Shown in pieces: positions 1-8,429 of a stretch of 64,000 nt of DNA. A program made the translations under genes and the position numbers. The DNA comes from an uncultured bacterium (lineage in GTDB: Bacteria > Omnitrophota > Omnitrophia > Omnitrophales > Aquincolibacteriaceae): NCBI GenBank assembly GCA_964385615.1, contig CAYLPP010000001.1:256484-320483 (forward strand). Direction: 5' to 3'. The notes under the pieces were generated by a model. It was given only the letters and a program-made list of their open reading frames with translations. It did no database searches and was not told the origin of the DNA. Position 1 is the stretch's first letter; each line of letters starts with the position of its first letter.

Positions 1-740
1 CACTGCTTCCAGGCCTGAGCTTTAAGAGTTTCCAACATTTCATTTTCTTCCTCAAGAATCACGGGAAGACGCGCCAAGGCCTGACGGACACGCGGATTAA
101 ATTCCCTAGCAAGCTGCGGCAGCAGAGAGTGGCGGATCCGGTTTCTTAAAAAACGAAGGGATTGGTTGCTTAAATCTTTACGAAACTCGATTTTTTCGGC
201 CCGTAAAAAACAAAGAAGCTCTTCCTTGCTGAAATCCAGAAGAGGCCGTACAAAACAGGCCCGGCCGTACTTAAAAGAACGGCGGATCCCTGCAAGCCCC
301 TGAGGTCCGGTTCCCTGAAGAACGCGCATCAGCACCGTTTCAGCCTGATCGTCCAGCGTATGAGCAGTTGCGATCTTTAAAATTTGATGCTTCTGAAACG
401 CTTGTTCAAAAAAAGCGTACCGCTCATGCCGGGCTGATTCTTCGGGAGATTTTCCGGTCTGTTCCTTACCCGTTTTTTCCGCGCGCCCGATAATGACCGG
501 AGCTTTTTCACGCCTTGCCAAACTGAGGACGAAACGCTCGTCAGCATCCGAAGCCTTGCCCCGCAAGCGGTGATTGAAATGAATCAAACCCAAACGAATT
601 CCAGGCGAGAGTGTTTTTTTGAGGAGAAAATAGAGGCTGACAGAATCAGGCCCGCCGGAACAGGCCACATAAACTTTTCCGCCGGGGCGAAAAAGTTTCT
701 GCGTCTCCAGGGACTGTTTAAAACGCTCTAGAAGATTCAT
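1..740 (-). CDS. tilS: tRNA(Ile)-lysidine synthetase, N-terminal part (gene continues beyond window start)
   Basis: Reverse-strand translation from ATG at 738-740 gives MNLLERFKQSLETQKLFRPGGKVYVACSGGPDSVSLYFLL... with the PP-loop SGGxDS motif typical of TilS. It is absent from the ORF track because it runs off the window edge. Confidence 0.8.
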   Translation of the reverse strand, partial: MNLLERFKQSLETQKLFRPGGKVYVACSGGPDSVSLYFLLKKTLSPGIRLGLIHFNHRLRGKASDADERFVLSLARREKAPVIIGRAEKTGKEQTGKSPEESARHERYAFFEQAFQKHQILKIATAHTLDDQAETVLMRVLQGTGPQGLAGIRRSFKYGRACFVRPLLDFSKEELLCFLRAEKIEFRKDLSNQSLRFLRNRIRHSLLPQLAREFNPRVRQALARLPVILEEENEMLETLKAQAWKQ

Positions 741-746
741 TAATTT

Positions 747-822
747 TGGTGGCGGGGAGCGGGATCGAACCGCTGACACGAGGCTTATGAGTCCTCTGCT
801 CTACCAACTGAGCTACCCCGCC
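747..822 (-). tRNA. tRNA with CAU anticodon (elongator tRNA-Met or tRNA-Ile2/lysidine type), CCA encoded
   Basis: The reverse complement folds as a cloverleaf: acceptor GGCGGGG/CCCCGCC, D-arm TAGCTCAGTTGGTAGAGC, anticodon loop CTCATAA, T-arm AGCGGTTCGATCCCGCT, ACCA 3' end. G1-C72 is paired, so it is not an initiator. There is one A/G mismatch at the base of the anticodon stem (31-39). Confidence 0.75.
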
Positions 823-825
823 CCG

Positions 826-873
826 ATAAAAAAATGCTGGGCCGGACACGTCCTTCTTTAGAAGTGCCGGCCC
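826..873 (-). terminator. putative intrinsic terminator (imperfect 14-bp hairpin GGGCCGG...CCGGCCC followed on the minus strand by AGCA-TTTTTTT)
   Basis: Inverted repeat 839-873 with a run of 7 A on the plus strand (T on the minus strand) at 828-834. It lies downstream of the spacer RNA region and 5 nt upstream of the tRNA-CAU 5' end. Confidence 0.4.
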
Positions 874-880
874 TGTACTG

Positions 881-1045
881 AATCGAAGGATTCAGTGAGC
901 CCGGATGCACCCGCGCCTTTGCGCGAGCACCTCTCGGCAGAACTTTGAAAGTTCTGCCCGAGACGGGCCCTTTGGCGAACCTGTGCGGCCGCCGCAGGCA
1001 GTCTTCCTTAAACTGCCGCGACGCCGTACTTGTTCTTAGGAACAA
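881..1045 (-). ncRNA. candidate small structured RNA or degenerate tRNA-like element in the tRNA-Lys/tRNA-CAU spacer
   Basis: The 220-nt spacer contains an 8-bp hairpin GGCAGAAC-UUUCAAA-GUUCUGCC (936-958) whose 7-nt loop has U33 and a UCA anticodon-like triplet. A second GC hairpin is CGCGC-AAAG-GCGCG. A 14-nt copy of the tRNA-Lys 3' end (AGTGAGCCCGGATG, 894-907) can pair with GGGCCCG to form an acceptor-like stem. No D-arm or canonical T-loop is present. Confidence 0.25.
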
Positions 1046-1046
1046 G

Positions 1047-1119
1047 TGAGCCCGGATGGATTCGAACCATCGACACCGTCCTTAAAAGGGACGTGCTCTG
1101 CCAACTGAGCTACGGGCTC
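1047..1119 (-). tRNA. tRNA-Lys (UUU)
   Basis: Reverse complement GAGCCCG-TA-GCTC-AGTTGGCA-GAGC-A-CGTCC-CTTTTAA-GGACG-GTGTC-GATGG-TTCGAAT-CCATC-CGGGCTC-A is a canonical 73-nt cloverleaf with anticodon UUU. CCA is not encoded. Confidence 0.85.
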
Positions 1120-1156
1120 TAAAATTAACTCTGCTCACATAGGGTTATCCGGCAGA

Positions 1157-1184
1157 AATATATCTTGCACGGCACTTATGTGAA
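1157..1184 (-). promoter_or_regulatory. putative sigma70-type promoter for the tRNA-Lys transcription unit
   Basis: Minus strand reads TTCACA-16 nt-TATATT about 40 nt upstream of the tRNA-Lys 5' end. A GC hairpin (1188-1203) downstream of the frr stop overlaps it. Confidence 0.3.
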
Positions 1185-1213
1185 CCGCCGGGCTTTAGCC
1201 CGGGCTCGCGAAA

Positions 1214-1789
1214 TCAGATCGCGTGGATCTCAGCCTCTTTGGCTTTCAAAGCTTCGTCCACCTGCGCGATAGAACTATCCGTGACCTTCTGAATTTCCTT
1301 CTGAGTCGCATGGGAAATATCTTCAGGTACGGTCTTGGCCTTTTCCATTTTCTTAACCGTTTCAATGCCTTCATGCCGGGCATTGCGCACGGAAATACGG
1401 CCTTCTTCAGCGACCTTGCGCACAAGCTTAGTCAATTCTTCACGGCGTTCATCCGTCAACGGGGGAATCTGCATACGCACAATTTTACCGTCATTGATCG
1501 GCGTCAGCCCCAAGCCGGATTTCATAATCCCCTTTTCGATTTCACCGATAAGAGAAATATCCCAAGGCTGAACAGCAATGGTCTTAGGGTCGGGGGTGGA
1601 AATATTCGCCACGCCTTTAAGCGGAGTCGGCGTATTATAATAATCCACCATGACCCCTTCAAGGAGGGCGATCGAAGCTCTTCCGGTACGGATGTTCTGA
1701 AACTCTTTTTTCGTCGCTTCAACCGATTTGAGCATTTTTTTCTTGGTTTCTTCAACGAGCTTCTTAACGTCTCCAGCAGTTTCAGCCAT
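1214..1789 (-). CDS. frr: ribosome recycling factor
   Basis: 191-aa ORF with full-length Frr-like sequence (…RTGRASIALLEGVMVDYYNTPTPLKGVANI…). It is the last gene of the rpsB-tsf-pyrH-frr arrangement. Confidence 0.95.
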   Translation of the reverse strand: MAETAGDVKKLVEETKKKMLKSVEATKKEFQNIRTGRASIALLEGVMVDYYNTPTPLKGVANISTPDPKTIAVQPWDISLIGEIEKGIMKSGLGLTPINDGKIVRMQIPPLTDERREELTKLVRKVAEEGRISVRNARHEGIETVKKMEKAKTVPEDISHATQKEIQKVTDSSIAQVDEALKAKEAEIHAI

Positions 1790-1802
1790 AAAAACCTCCC
1801 GG

Positions 1803-2516
1803 TTAGGAAACTTTTGTGCCGATGTTTTCGCCCATCATGACCTTACGGATATTTCCGTACTTAGTCATGTTGAAAACAATGATCGGAAGTTTGTTGTCCA
1901 TACAAAGTGAAATCGCGGTCGCGTCCATAACTTCAAGCCGTTTCCGGAGCACTTCCAAATAGCGGAGATGCGCGTACTTCTTGGCTTTTTTATCTTTCAT
2001 GGGGTCACTCGTGTAAACCCCGTCGACCTTGGTCGCTTTTAAAATCGCATCAGCACCGATCTCAACAGCGCGAAGCGCGGCGGCTGTGTCCGTCGTAAAA
2101 TAAGGATTTCCGGTGCCCGCGGCAAAAATAACAACCCGGCCTTTTTCAAAATGCCGGATGGCGCGCCGGCGGATATAAGGCTCCGCCAGTTCCTGAATCT
2201 CGATTGCTGAAAGAACCCGGGTTTGAACACCTTTTTTTTCAAGAGCGTCCTGAAGCACCATGGAATTCATCACGGTAGCAAGCATTCCCACATAGTCGGC
2301 CGTCGCGCGGTCCATACCCGCGCCTGAAGCTTTCAGCCCGCGGAAGATATTGCCGCCGCCGATCACAACCGCCAGTTCAATCCCCATGCCGTGAACCTCT
2401 TTAATCTGGTCCGCGATTTCAGAAGCAACTTTGGGATCAACGCCATACCCCAGCTTGCCTTGAAGGGCCTCGCCGGAAAGCTTCAAAACAACCCGCTTAA
2501 AGACAGGTTTATTCAC
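1803..2516 (-). CDS. pyrH: UMP kinase
   Basis: 237 aa with VLKLSGEAL…GGGNIFRG amino-acid-kinase motifs typical of PyrH. It sits between tsf and frr. Confidence 0.95.
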   Translation of the reverse strand: MNKPVFKRVVLKLSGEALQGKLGYGVDPKVASEIADQIKEVHGMGIELAVVIGGGNIFRGLKASGAGMDRATADYVGMLATVMNSMVLQDALEKKGVQTRVLSAIEIQELAEPYIRRRAIRHFEKGRVVIFAAGTGNPYFTTDTAAALRAVEIGADAILKATKVDGVYTSDPMKDKKAKKYAHLRYLEVLRKRLEVMDATAISLCMDNKLPIIVFNMTKYGNIRKVMMGENIGTKVS

Positions 2517-2628
2517 ACGATGCTCCTTGTAGGAAAAAGAGAAAGGGAACCATCCTTTTCAGAATGGAAAGTCAGGCAGGAAAAAACTGGCAGCGACTCG
2601 AAATCCATCGAGTCATTCCTTCATTTTT

Positions 2629-3234
2629 TTAGGCTCCGCCGAGTTCGAACCGAACAAAGCGGCGAATGACGATGTTCTCACCGATCCGGGCAATCACTTC
2701 ATTCAAATAATCCTGGATGGTTTTAGAATCATCTTTGATGAACTTCTGATTCATCAGGCAAATCTCTTCAAAACGTTTCGCGAGTTTGCCCTGAAGAATT
2801 TTTTCGGCAACCTGTTCCGGCTTGCCCTTAATCTCAGCCTGGAAATTGGCTTTTTCTTTTTCCAGATCCGCCGCGGGAATATTCTCAGAGGAAACATAGA
2901 GAGGGTATCCAGCCGCGACCTGCATGGCGATGTCTTTAGCAAAAGCCTGAAACTGCTCATTGCGGGCGACGAAATCGCTTTCGCAGTTGATTTCAAGCAT
3001 AACGCCAAGCTTACCATTACCGTGAATATAAGAAAGGATCAGACCTTCCTTAGCTTCACGCGTGGATTTCTTCTTGGCAATATCCAAACCTTTACGGCGG
3101 ATAATATCCTGCGCGGTTTTCAAATCACCCTTGGCTTCGACCATGGCGGCTTTGCAATCCATCATGCCGGCGCCAGTGAGTTCTCTGAGTTTAAGCAATG
3201 CGGTTTTATCGTCGTTTTGAGCAGTCATGTTCAT
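2629..3234 (-). CDS. tsf: elongation factor Ts (short form)
   Basis: 201 aa with the N-terminal UBA-like LRELTGAGMMDCKAAL motif of EF-Ts. It is immediately downstream of rpsB. Confidence 0.9.
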   Translation of the reverse strand: MNMTAQNDDKTALLKLRELTGAGMMDCKAAMVEAKGDLKTAQDIIRRKGLDIAKKKSTREAKEGLILSYIHGNGKLGVMLEINCESDFVARNEQFQAFAKDIAMQVAAGYPLYVSSENIPAADLEKEKANFQAEIKGKPEQVAEKILQGKLAKRFEEICLMNQKFIKDDSKTIQDYLNEVIARIGENIVIRRFVRFELGGA

Positions 3235-3243
3235 AACCAGACC

Positions 3244-4137
3244 TTATTTCCCGGCGCGGGTTTCTTTGCGGGGAGATTTTTTTACTTTGGATTTATCTTT
3301 TTCAACTTCAACGGCCTGTCCGGCAAAGCGGGCAGCCAGCTCTTCTTCAACGCGGTCCGTAGTCGGCGCATCTTCATCGCCTTCGGCGGCCGCCGTCTTA
3401 GCGGCTTCAGCTTCCGCGGCGGCTTCAGCAGCCTGCGCGGCCTGAGTATTCTTAAGCTGTTCACGGCCGTCAGTAATCGCCTGAGCGACCAGTTCACAGA
3501 AAAGTTTGACGGCGCGAATGGCGTCATCATTTCCAGGAATCGGGTAATTGACCAGATCCGGATCACAGTTAGTGTCCAGAACGGCAACCACGGGAATACC
3601 AAGCTTGATAGCTTCCTTGATGCCGATTTCTTCTTTCTTGGAATCAATTACAAAAAGAGCTCCGGGGAGACGGCGCATCTTGCGGATACCGCTGAGGTTC
3701 TTAACCAGTTTCTCGCGCTCTTTCTTGAGCATACCGACTTCTTTCTTGGTTACGAAAGAAAAGCTGCCGTCTTGCTCCATCTTATCGATCTGTTCAAGGC
3801 GAGACACAGATTTACGAATCGTTTCAAAGTTGGTCAGCATACCGCCGAGCCATCTCTGCTGAACATAAGGCATACCGCAGCGTTCCGCGGCTTCTTTCAA
3901 AGGCTCCTGGGCCTGGCGCTTGGTGCCGACCAGCAGAATTTCCTTACCTTCAGACGTGACTTGCTTAAGGTAAGCAAGGGCTTTTTCAAGACAGGAAAGG
4001 GTAATTTCCAGATTGATAATGTAAATGCCGTTTCTTTCCCCGAAAATGTACTTCTTCATCTTGGGGTTCCAGCGTTGCGTTTGGTGACCGAAGTGAACGC
4101 CCGCTTCTAAAAGTTGTTTGATTGTGACTTGAGCCAA
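3244..4137 (-). CDS. rpsB: 30S ribosomal protein S2 with Ala/Glu-rich C-terminal tail
   Basis: 297 aa; [27 protein letters not shown] is the canonical S2 N-terminus. A roughly 60-aa low-complexity AE-rich C-terminal extension follows. Confidence 0.95.
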   Translation of the reverse strand: MAQVTIKQLLEAGVHFGHQTQRWNPKMKKYIFGERNGIYIINLEITLSCLEKALAYLKQVTSEGKEILLVGTKRQAQEPLKEAAERCGMPYVQQRWLGGMLTNFETIRKSVSRLEQIDKMEQDGSFSFVTKKEVGMLKKEREKLVKNLSGIRKMRRLPGALFVIDSKKEEIGIKEAIKLGIPVVAVLDTNCDPDLVNYPIPGNDDAIRAVKLFCELVAQAITDGREQLKNTQAAQAAEAAAEAEAAKTAAAEGDEDAPTTDRVEEELAARFAGQAVEVEKDKSKVKKSPRKETRAGK

Positions 4138-4250
4138 AAAATCCTCCTGTTGAAAAACATCCCTTTTCTAGATTTCACGGGGAAATTCCGTGCAAACTGC
4201 TGCGGACTGGACCTGCCTTGATAGACGACCTGCACCGCGGAAATTGGGTA

Positions 4251-4292
4251 CCCATTATAACAAAAGACTTTACGCACACAAGTCTTTTTTAT
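4251..4292. terminator. bidirectional intrinsic terminator-like hairpin between bcp and rpsB
   Basis: Perfect 7-bp stem AAGACTT/AAGTCTT (4264-4286) with a 9-nt loop. It is followed by TTTTTTAT on the plus strand and by TTGTTATAATGG on the minus strand. The TATAAT in that minus-strand run could also serve as a -10 for rpsB. Confidence 0.5.
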
Positions 4293-4330
4293 AAAGGGCT
4301 TAATTATAACGGGAATCCGCTATAACCCAT

Positions 4331-4798
4331 TTAATCGCAAGGGGTTAACGACTTAATCACTTCGTCGATATGCCCAGTGACCTTCACCTTGGGGAAAATT
4401 TTAGCCACTTTCCCCTTCGGGGCAATGACCACAGTGGTTCTTTCAATACCCATGTACTTCTTACCATACATGCTTTTTTCTTTCCAAACACCATATTTTT
4501 TAATGATTTCCTTACTTTCATCGCTGAGAAGCGGAAAAGGAAGTTTATATTTTCCGGAAAATTTCTGATGCGCCGCGACGGAATCCGCGCTGATCCCTAA
4601 AATAACGGCTTTTTGTTTCTGGAATTTTTTAAACGAATCCCGGAAATCGCAGGCTTCCTGCGTGCACCCTGGAGTATCGTCCTTCGGATAGAAATATAAA
4701 ATGACGGTCTGATCTTCAAAATCCGAAAGGCTGATTTCTCTACCCTCAGAAGAGGGAAGTGAAAAAGCGGGGGCTTTGGAACCTTCTTTAATCGCCAT
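4331..4798 (-). CDS. bcp: thiol peroxidase / peroxiredoxin Bcp (thioredoxin-dependent)
   Basis: 155 aa with the PKDDTPGCT peroxidatic-cysteine motif of the AhpC/TSA-Bcp family. Confidence 0.9.
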   Translation of the reverse strand: MAIKEGSKAPAFSLPSSEGREISLSDFEDQTVILYFYPKDDTPGCTQEACDFRDSFKKFQKQKAVILGISADSVAAHQKFSGKYKLPFPLLSDESKEIIKKYGVWKEKSMYGKKYMGIERTTVVIAPKGKVAKIFPKVKVTGHIDEVIKSLTPCD

Positions 4799-4887
4799 TT
4801 GTTCCTTTCCTCAAGATTCAGACATCCTGTTACAGCACCGCTCGAACCGCGAAAGAATACTGGTTTGTGCGGTCCTCGCCTACTTGC

Positions 4888-4924
4888 GGGCTGGATTTTT
4901 CATTACCATTAAAAATCCTAGCCC
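4888..4924. promoter_or_regulatory. 13-bp inverted repeat (GGGCTGGATTTTT-N10-AAAAATCCTAGCCC) upstream of bcp
   Basis: Seen directly in the sequence. It lies about 90 nt upstream of the bcp start codon in the bcp/aspA intergenic region. It is a candidate operator or 5'-UTR hairpin of a peroxide-stress gene. Confidence 0.3.
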
Positions 4925-4968
4925 TTTAGTTGCTTTCACAGGAGTCTTCATCTCTCGTCAATTGAAAA

Positions 4969-6345
4969 TTAATTTTTAGGCTGTGTGAGCCGTACGGGAG
5001 AGAGGATTTTATCAATTTCGCGGGCGGAAAGATATTTTTTATCGAGAATCGTTTGGCGCAGCGTTTTTCCGGTCTTGGCTGAAAGCTTGACGCATTCAGC
5101 CGCTTTCTCATAACCGATAAACGGATTAAGCGCCGCGGCGATGCCGTAACTTTCTTCCGCGTATTTACGGCAGCGTTTGGTATCGGCCGTAATTCCGGAG
5201 ACACAGAATTTCGCGAAAAGCCGGGTGACGTTTTTTAGGATTTCCAGCGACTGCATTAAATTGTAGGCAATCACGGGGCGCATGACATTTAATTCCAACT
5301 GACCGTAAGTAGAAGCCAGTGCGATCGCTTGGTCGTTTCCGGTCACTTGAAAACCGGCCTGCATCGCGGCTTCGGGCATGACCGGATTAACCTTGCCCGG
5401 CATAATGGAAGACCCCGGCTGACGGGCGGGCAAATGAATTTCCCCCAGTCCCGTGTGCGGTCCTGAAGAAAGAAAACGCAGATCATTGGAAATTTGAATC
5501 AGTGAAAGCCCGTAATTTTTAAGACTGCTGGAAACCGCCGCGAAATCCGCGTCAGACTGCATGACCTCAAAAAGATTTTTGGCACTGCGGACTTTCAAAC
5601 CGCTCTGTACCGCCAGGGCTCGAACCACTTTCCGGCGGATGGAAATACTTGTGTTCAACCCGGTGCCGACAGCGGAACCGCCGATCCCCAGCTCACGCAA
5701 AAATTCTCCGGCCTTCTCAGCTTTGATCCTGCCCTTTTCAAGTTGGCGTGCCCAACCGCCGAATTCCTGCCCGAGCGTGATCGGCGCGGCGTCCTGTAAA
5801 TGCGTCCGGCCTGATTTCAGCACATAACGAAATTCGCGGGCTTTATCCTGAAATGCTTTTTCGAGAACTTTTGAAGACTCCAAAAATTCCCCCAGCAATT
5901 TAAGAGCGGCGAGACGCATGGCGGTTGGAATCACATCATTGGTGGACTGACCGCGGTTGACATGATCATGCGGATTCAGGAAAGCGTAGTCCCCTTTTTT
6001 ACGCCCTAAAATTTCCAATGCCCGGTTAGCCACGACTTCATTCATGTTCATGTGAAGTGAAACACCCGCGCCGGACTGAAGCGCGTCAGTCACAAACTGA
6101 TCGTGAAGTTTCCCCTGAAGAATTTCATCACAGGCGCGGATGATCGCCCGGGTTTTACCGGCGGGAATCAGCCCCATCGATTGGTGGACTTGCGCGTAAA
6201 CTTTTTTAACTAAGGCCAGACTACGCACCAATTCCGGATGAAACCTCCAGCCGGAAACCGGAAAATTCTCCACGGCGCGGAGAGTTTCGATACCGTAATA
6301 CACATGCGCTGGGACAGGCCTCTGCCCGAGCGAATCTTTCTCCAT
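4969..6345 (-). CDS. aspA: aspartate ammonia-lyase (class II fumarase/aspartase family)
   Basis: Contains the GSSIMPGKVNPVMPE signature. The NPV-type motif, N-terminus and length (about 460 aa) point to aspartase rather than fumarase. The start is taken at MEKDSLG; an in-frame ATG 7 codons upstream (6366) is also possible. Confidence 0.8.
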   Translation of the reverse strand: MEKDSLGQRPVPAHVYYGIETLRAVENFPVSGWRFHPELVRSLALVKKVYAQVHQSMGLIPAGKTRAIIRACDEILQGKLHDQFVTDALQSGAGVSLHMNMNEVVANRALEILGRKKGDYAFLNPHDHVNRGQSTNDVIPTAMRLAALKLLGEFLESSKVLEKAFQDKAREFRYVLKSGRTHLQDAAPITLGQEFGGWARQLEKGRIKAEKAGEFLRELGIGGSAVGTGLNTSISIRRKVVRALAVQSGLKVRSAKNLFEVMQSDADFAAVSSSLKNYGLSLIQISNDLRFLSSGPHTGLGEIHLPARQPGSSIMPGKVNPVMPEAAMQAGFQVTGNDQAIALASTYGQLELNVMRPVIAYNLMQSLEILKNVTRLFAKFCVSGITADTKRCRKYAEESYGIAAALNPFIGYEKAAECVKLSAKTGKTLRQTILDKKYLSAREIDKILSPVRLTQPKN

Positions 6346-6374
6346 GCGTGTGCGGTTTTTTTTCATGGCTAGCC

Positions 6375-6803
6375 TCAGGAAGGGTTGCCGGGGCCGAGAG
6401 GTTCCCGGGAAGTAAAACCTTTACCGACTTCGTGCCAGTAGCCCACCTGTTTCTCTCCCAATTTCCAGCAGAGATAAACCACGCGGTCCTGCACTTTGCC
6501 GTAAAAATCAATTAAACCTTCATCCAGATCTTTTAAAAAACAGCCGCTGGCGTGAATCTCTTCCATCAATACATAGAAATCGCCGACGGAGCGGGTGTAC
6601 TCATCCACTTTACGGCTCAGCCCGGGCGAAGACCCCCCGTCATCTTTTTCAGCAACCAGCTCAATGGAATCAATTTCGACTTCGAGGGAAAGGATATGGC
6701 GGCGTTTCTCCTGGAGATTCACGATAATCTCCGTCAGGCGCGGCAAAAGCGCGTTGGCCTCCTGAACGGTAAAAACCTTGAGTTTTTGATCTCCGGAATC
6801 CAT
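6375..6803 (-). CDS. DUF2203-family small protein (function unknown)
   Basis: 142 aa; the N-terminal KVFTVQEANALLPRL resembles the conserved start of DUF2203 proteins. The family assignment is from memory and tentative. Confidence 0.5.
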   Translation of the reverse strand: MDSGDQKLKVFTVQEANALLPRLTEIIVNLQEKRRHILSLEVEIDSIELVAEKDDGGSSPGLSRKVDEYTRSVGDFYVLMEEIHASGCFLKDLDEGLIDFYGKVQDRVVYLCWKLGEKQVGYWHEVGKGFTSREPLGPGNPS

Positions 6804-6840
6804 GTCAGAATTATAGCATAAAGGAAGGCGCGGGCCGGGA

Positions 6841-6900
6841 GGGTAAAAAAGAAAACCGGCGTAGGAAAAAGCCTCTAAAAAAAGCCCTTTTCTACGCCGG
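6841..6900 (-). terminator. intrinsic terminator downstream of the HU gene
   Basis: 9-bp stem CCGGCGTAG/CTACGCCGG (6856-6900) with a large A/T-rich loop. On the minus strand it is followed by TTTTCTTTTTT, corresponding to plus-strand 6841-6855. Confidence 0.5.
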
Positions 6901-6908
6901 AGTTCAGA

Positions 6909-7184
6909 TTACTTCTTCAAAGCTTTCTTAAGCTCGGCGCCTGCGGAAAAAGCAGGAACTTTGCGGGCTTTGATCTGGATGGTTTCCCCTGTTTTGGGAT
7001 TCCGGCCGGTACGCGCCTTTCTCTGACGGACGAGAAAGCTGCCGAAACCGATCAAGGAAACTTTCTGTCCCTTTTTAAGGGAACCCTTGATGGATTCGAA
7101 AATCGCGCTCACGGCTTCCCAGGCCTTAGCCTTGGAAAGCTGGGTCTTCTTGGCAACTTCAGCGGCCAATTCGGACTTGTTCAT
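6909..7184 (-). CDS. hup: DNA-binding protein HU
   Basis: 91 aa; MNKSELAAEVA…GFGSF…RKARTGRNPKTGE is the diagnostic HU/IHF fold sequence. Confidence 0.9.
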   Translation of the reverse strand: MNKSELAAEVAKKTQLSKAKAWEAVSAIFESIKGSLKKGQKVSLIGFGSFLVRQRKARTGRNPKTGETIQIKARKVPAFSAGAELKKALKK

Positions 7185-7298
7185 GGTTGAGTACTCCTTT
7201 CCTTCTGAATTACCTTTTTACCGAAAGGCTAAACGGCTGCCTGCTGAGTCATCTCTCCGGAACTCCCCAAGCCCCGGATTGAATTCACAGCGTGCGAA

Positions 7299-8318
7299 TC
7301 AGTACTGCTTCCACTCCTCATGGGCATCACGCTGAAGCAAATCCAACACCGCTTGGCGGGGATCCTTGCCCGTGAAAAGAATGTTATAAACTTCTCCGAT
7401 AATCGGAAGATCAACTTTCAAATTCTTGCAAAGTTCATGGAGGCTTTCGGCCGAATCGACACCCTCAGCCACCATCTCCATCCCGGCCAAAATCTCTTTA
7501 ATTTTTTTACCTTCCCCCAGTTCACGGCCGACACGAAGATTCCGGCCATGCTGAGAAAAAGAGGTCGTCACCAGATCACCCAACCCGGAAAGCCCAAAAA
7601 ATGTGCTCGGATTCGCACCCATCTTGGTGCCCAGCCGTGTCATTTCCAGTAAACCGCGCGAAATCAGACCAGCTTTGGTGTTATCACCGAACTTCAACCC
7701 GTCACAAACACCGGCCGCGATCGCGATCACATTTTTAAGAGCTCCGCCCAATTCCACACCAAGCATATCCGGCTGAACGTAAACGCGGAAATAGGTATCG
7801 ATAAAAGCTTCCTGTACGGCAACCGCGTCAGCCGAATTCAGTCCGGCAACCACCACAAGCGTCGGAATGTTACGGGCAACTTCTTCCGCGTGAGAAGGCC
7901 CTGAAAGCACGACCAGACGGACATTTTCACCCAGGATGGATTTAATGATCTCGGAAGGGCGCAGAAGGGTCTTCTTCTCAATACCTTTAGAGACCCCGAC
8001 AAAAATTTTCTGACTTAACCCAATCTCTTTGACCTTGAAAAGGACGTTGCGCAGAAACTGGGTTGGAATCGCCAGGACAATAATATCCGCGAATTCAACG
8101 GCTTCTTTGAGATCGGAGCTGATTTTAAGGTTGGAAGGCAGAGGAACGCCCGGAAGAAACTTGACGTTCTCTCGTTTTTGCTCGATGACTTTGGCGTAAT
8201 CCGGAAAAGCGGACCAAAGCATAACTTCATTATTCTTGCGCGCGTTAACAATCGCAAGAGCGGTTCCCCAACCGCCGTCCCCAAGGACTGTGACCCGGTA
8301 TTTTTTCATACTCTCCAC
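7299..8318 (-). CDS. gpsA: NAD(P)H-dependent glycerol-3-phosphate dehydrogenase
   Basis: 339 aa; the N-terminal VTVLGDGGWGTALA Rossmann motif and length are typical of GpsA. Confidence 0.9.
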   Translation of the reverse strand: MESMKKYRVTVLGDGGWGTALAIVNARKNNEVMLWSAFPDYAKVIEQKRENVKFLPGVPLPSNLKISSDLKEAVEFADIIVLAIPTQFLRNVLFKVKEIGLSQKIFVGVSKGIEKKTLLRPSEIIKSILGENVRLVVLSGPSHAEEVARNIPTLVVVAGLNSADAVAVQEAFIDTYFRVYVQPDMLGVELGGALKNVIAIAAGVCDGLKFGDNTKAGLISRGLLEMTRLGTKMGANPSTFFGLSGLGDLVTTSFSQHGRNLRVGRELGEGKKIKEILAGMEMVAEGVDSAESLHELCKNLKVDLPIIGEVYNILFTGKDPRQAVLDLLQRDAHEEWKQY

Positions 8319-8429
8319 TTTGAGAAATTAATCGGGTTTACTTCTGTCCAATCCCTTGTGGCACAAGGGCTCGACGGGGGCGTACTCTAACACGGAAAAA
8401 ATAGCGGGTCAAGAAGGGAAAAAAGAAAA

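Noticed and set aside
785-1045. 86-aa minus-strand ORF spanning the spacer between the two tRNAs
   Set aside because: It overlaps a tRNA 5' end and is Arg/Ser/Gly-rich with no start-site context. The region is better explained as structured RNA plus a terminator.
3022-4110. 362-aa plus-strand ORF antisense to rpsB
   Set aside because: It is entirely antisense to a clearly conserved ribosomal protein gene and has low-complexity Phe/Gly-rich composition with no motif. It is a spurious shadow ORF. The same applies to 12052-13083 and 13458-14729 (antisense to the lipoprotein and ftsH genes), 36084-36923 (antisense to argD), 57025-58044 (antisense to tgt/queA), 52532-53329 (antisense to recJ) and 46765-47571 (antisense to leuB).
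8353-8369. Hairpin CCCTTGT-GGC-ACAAGGG between ybgC and gpsA as a terminator
   Set aside because: There is no U-tract on either strand. It is at best a processing or regulatory stem, so it is not reported as a terminator.
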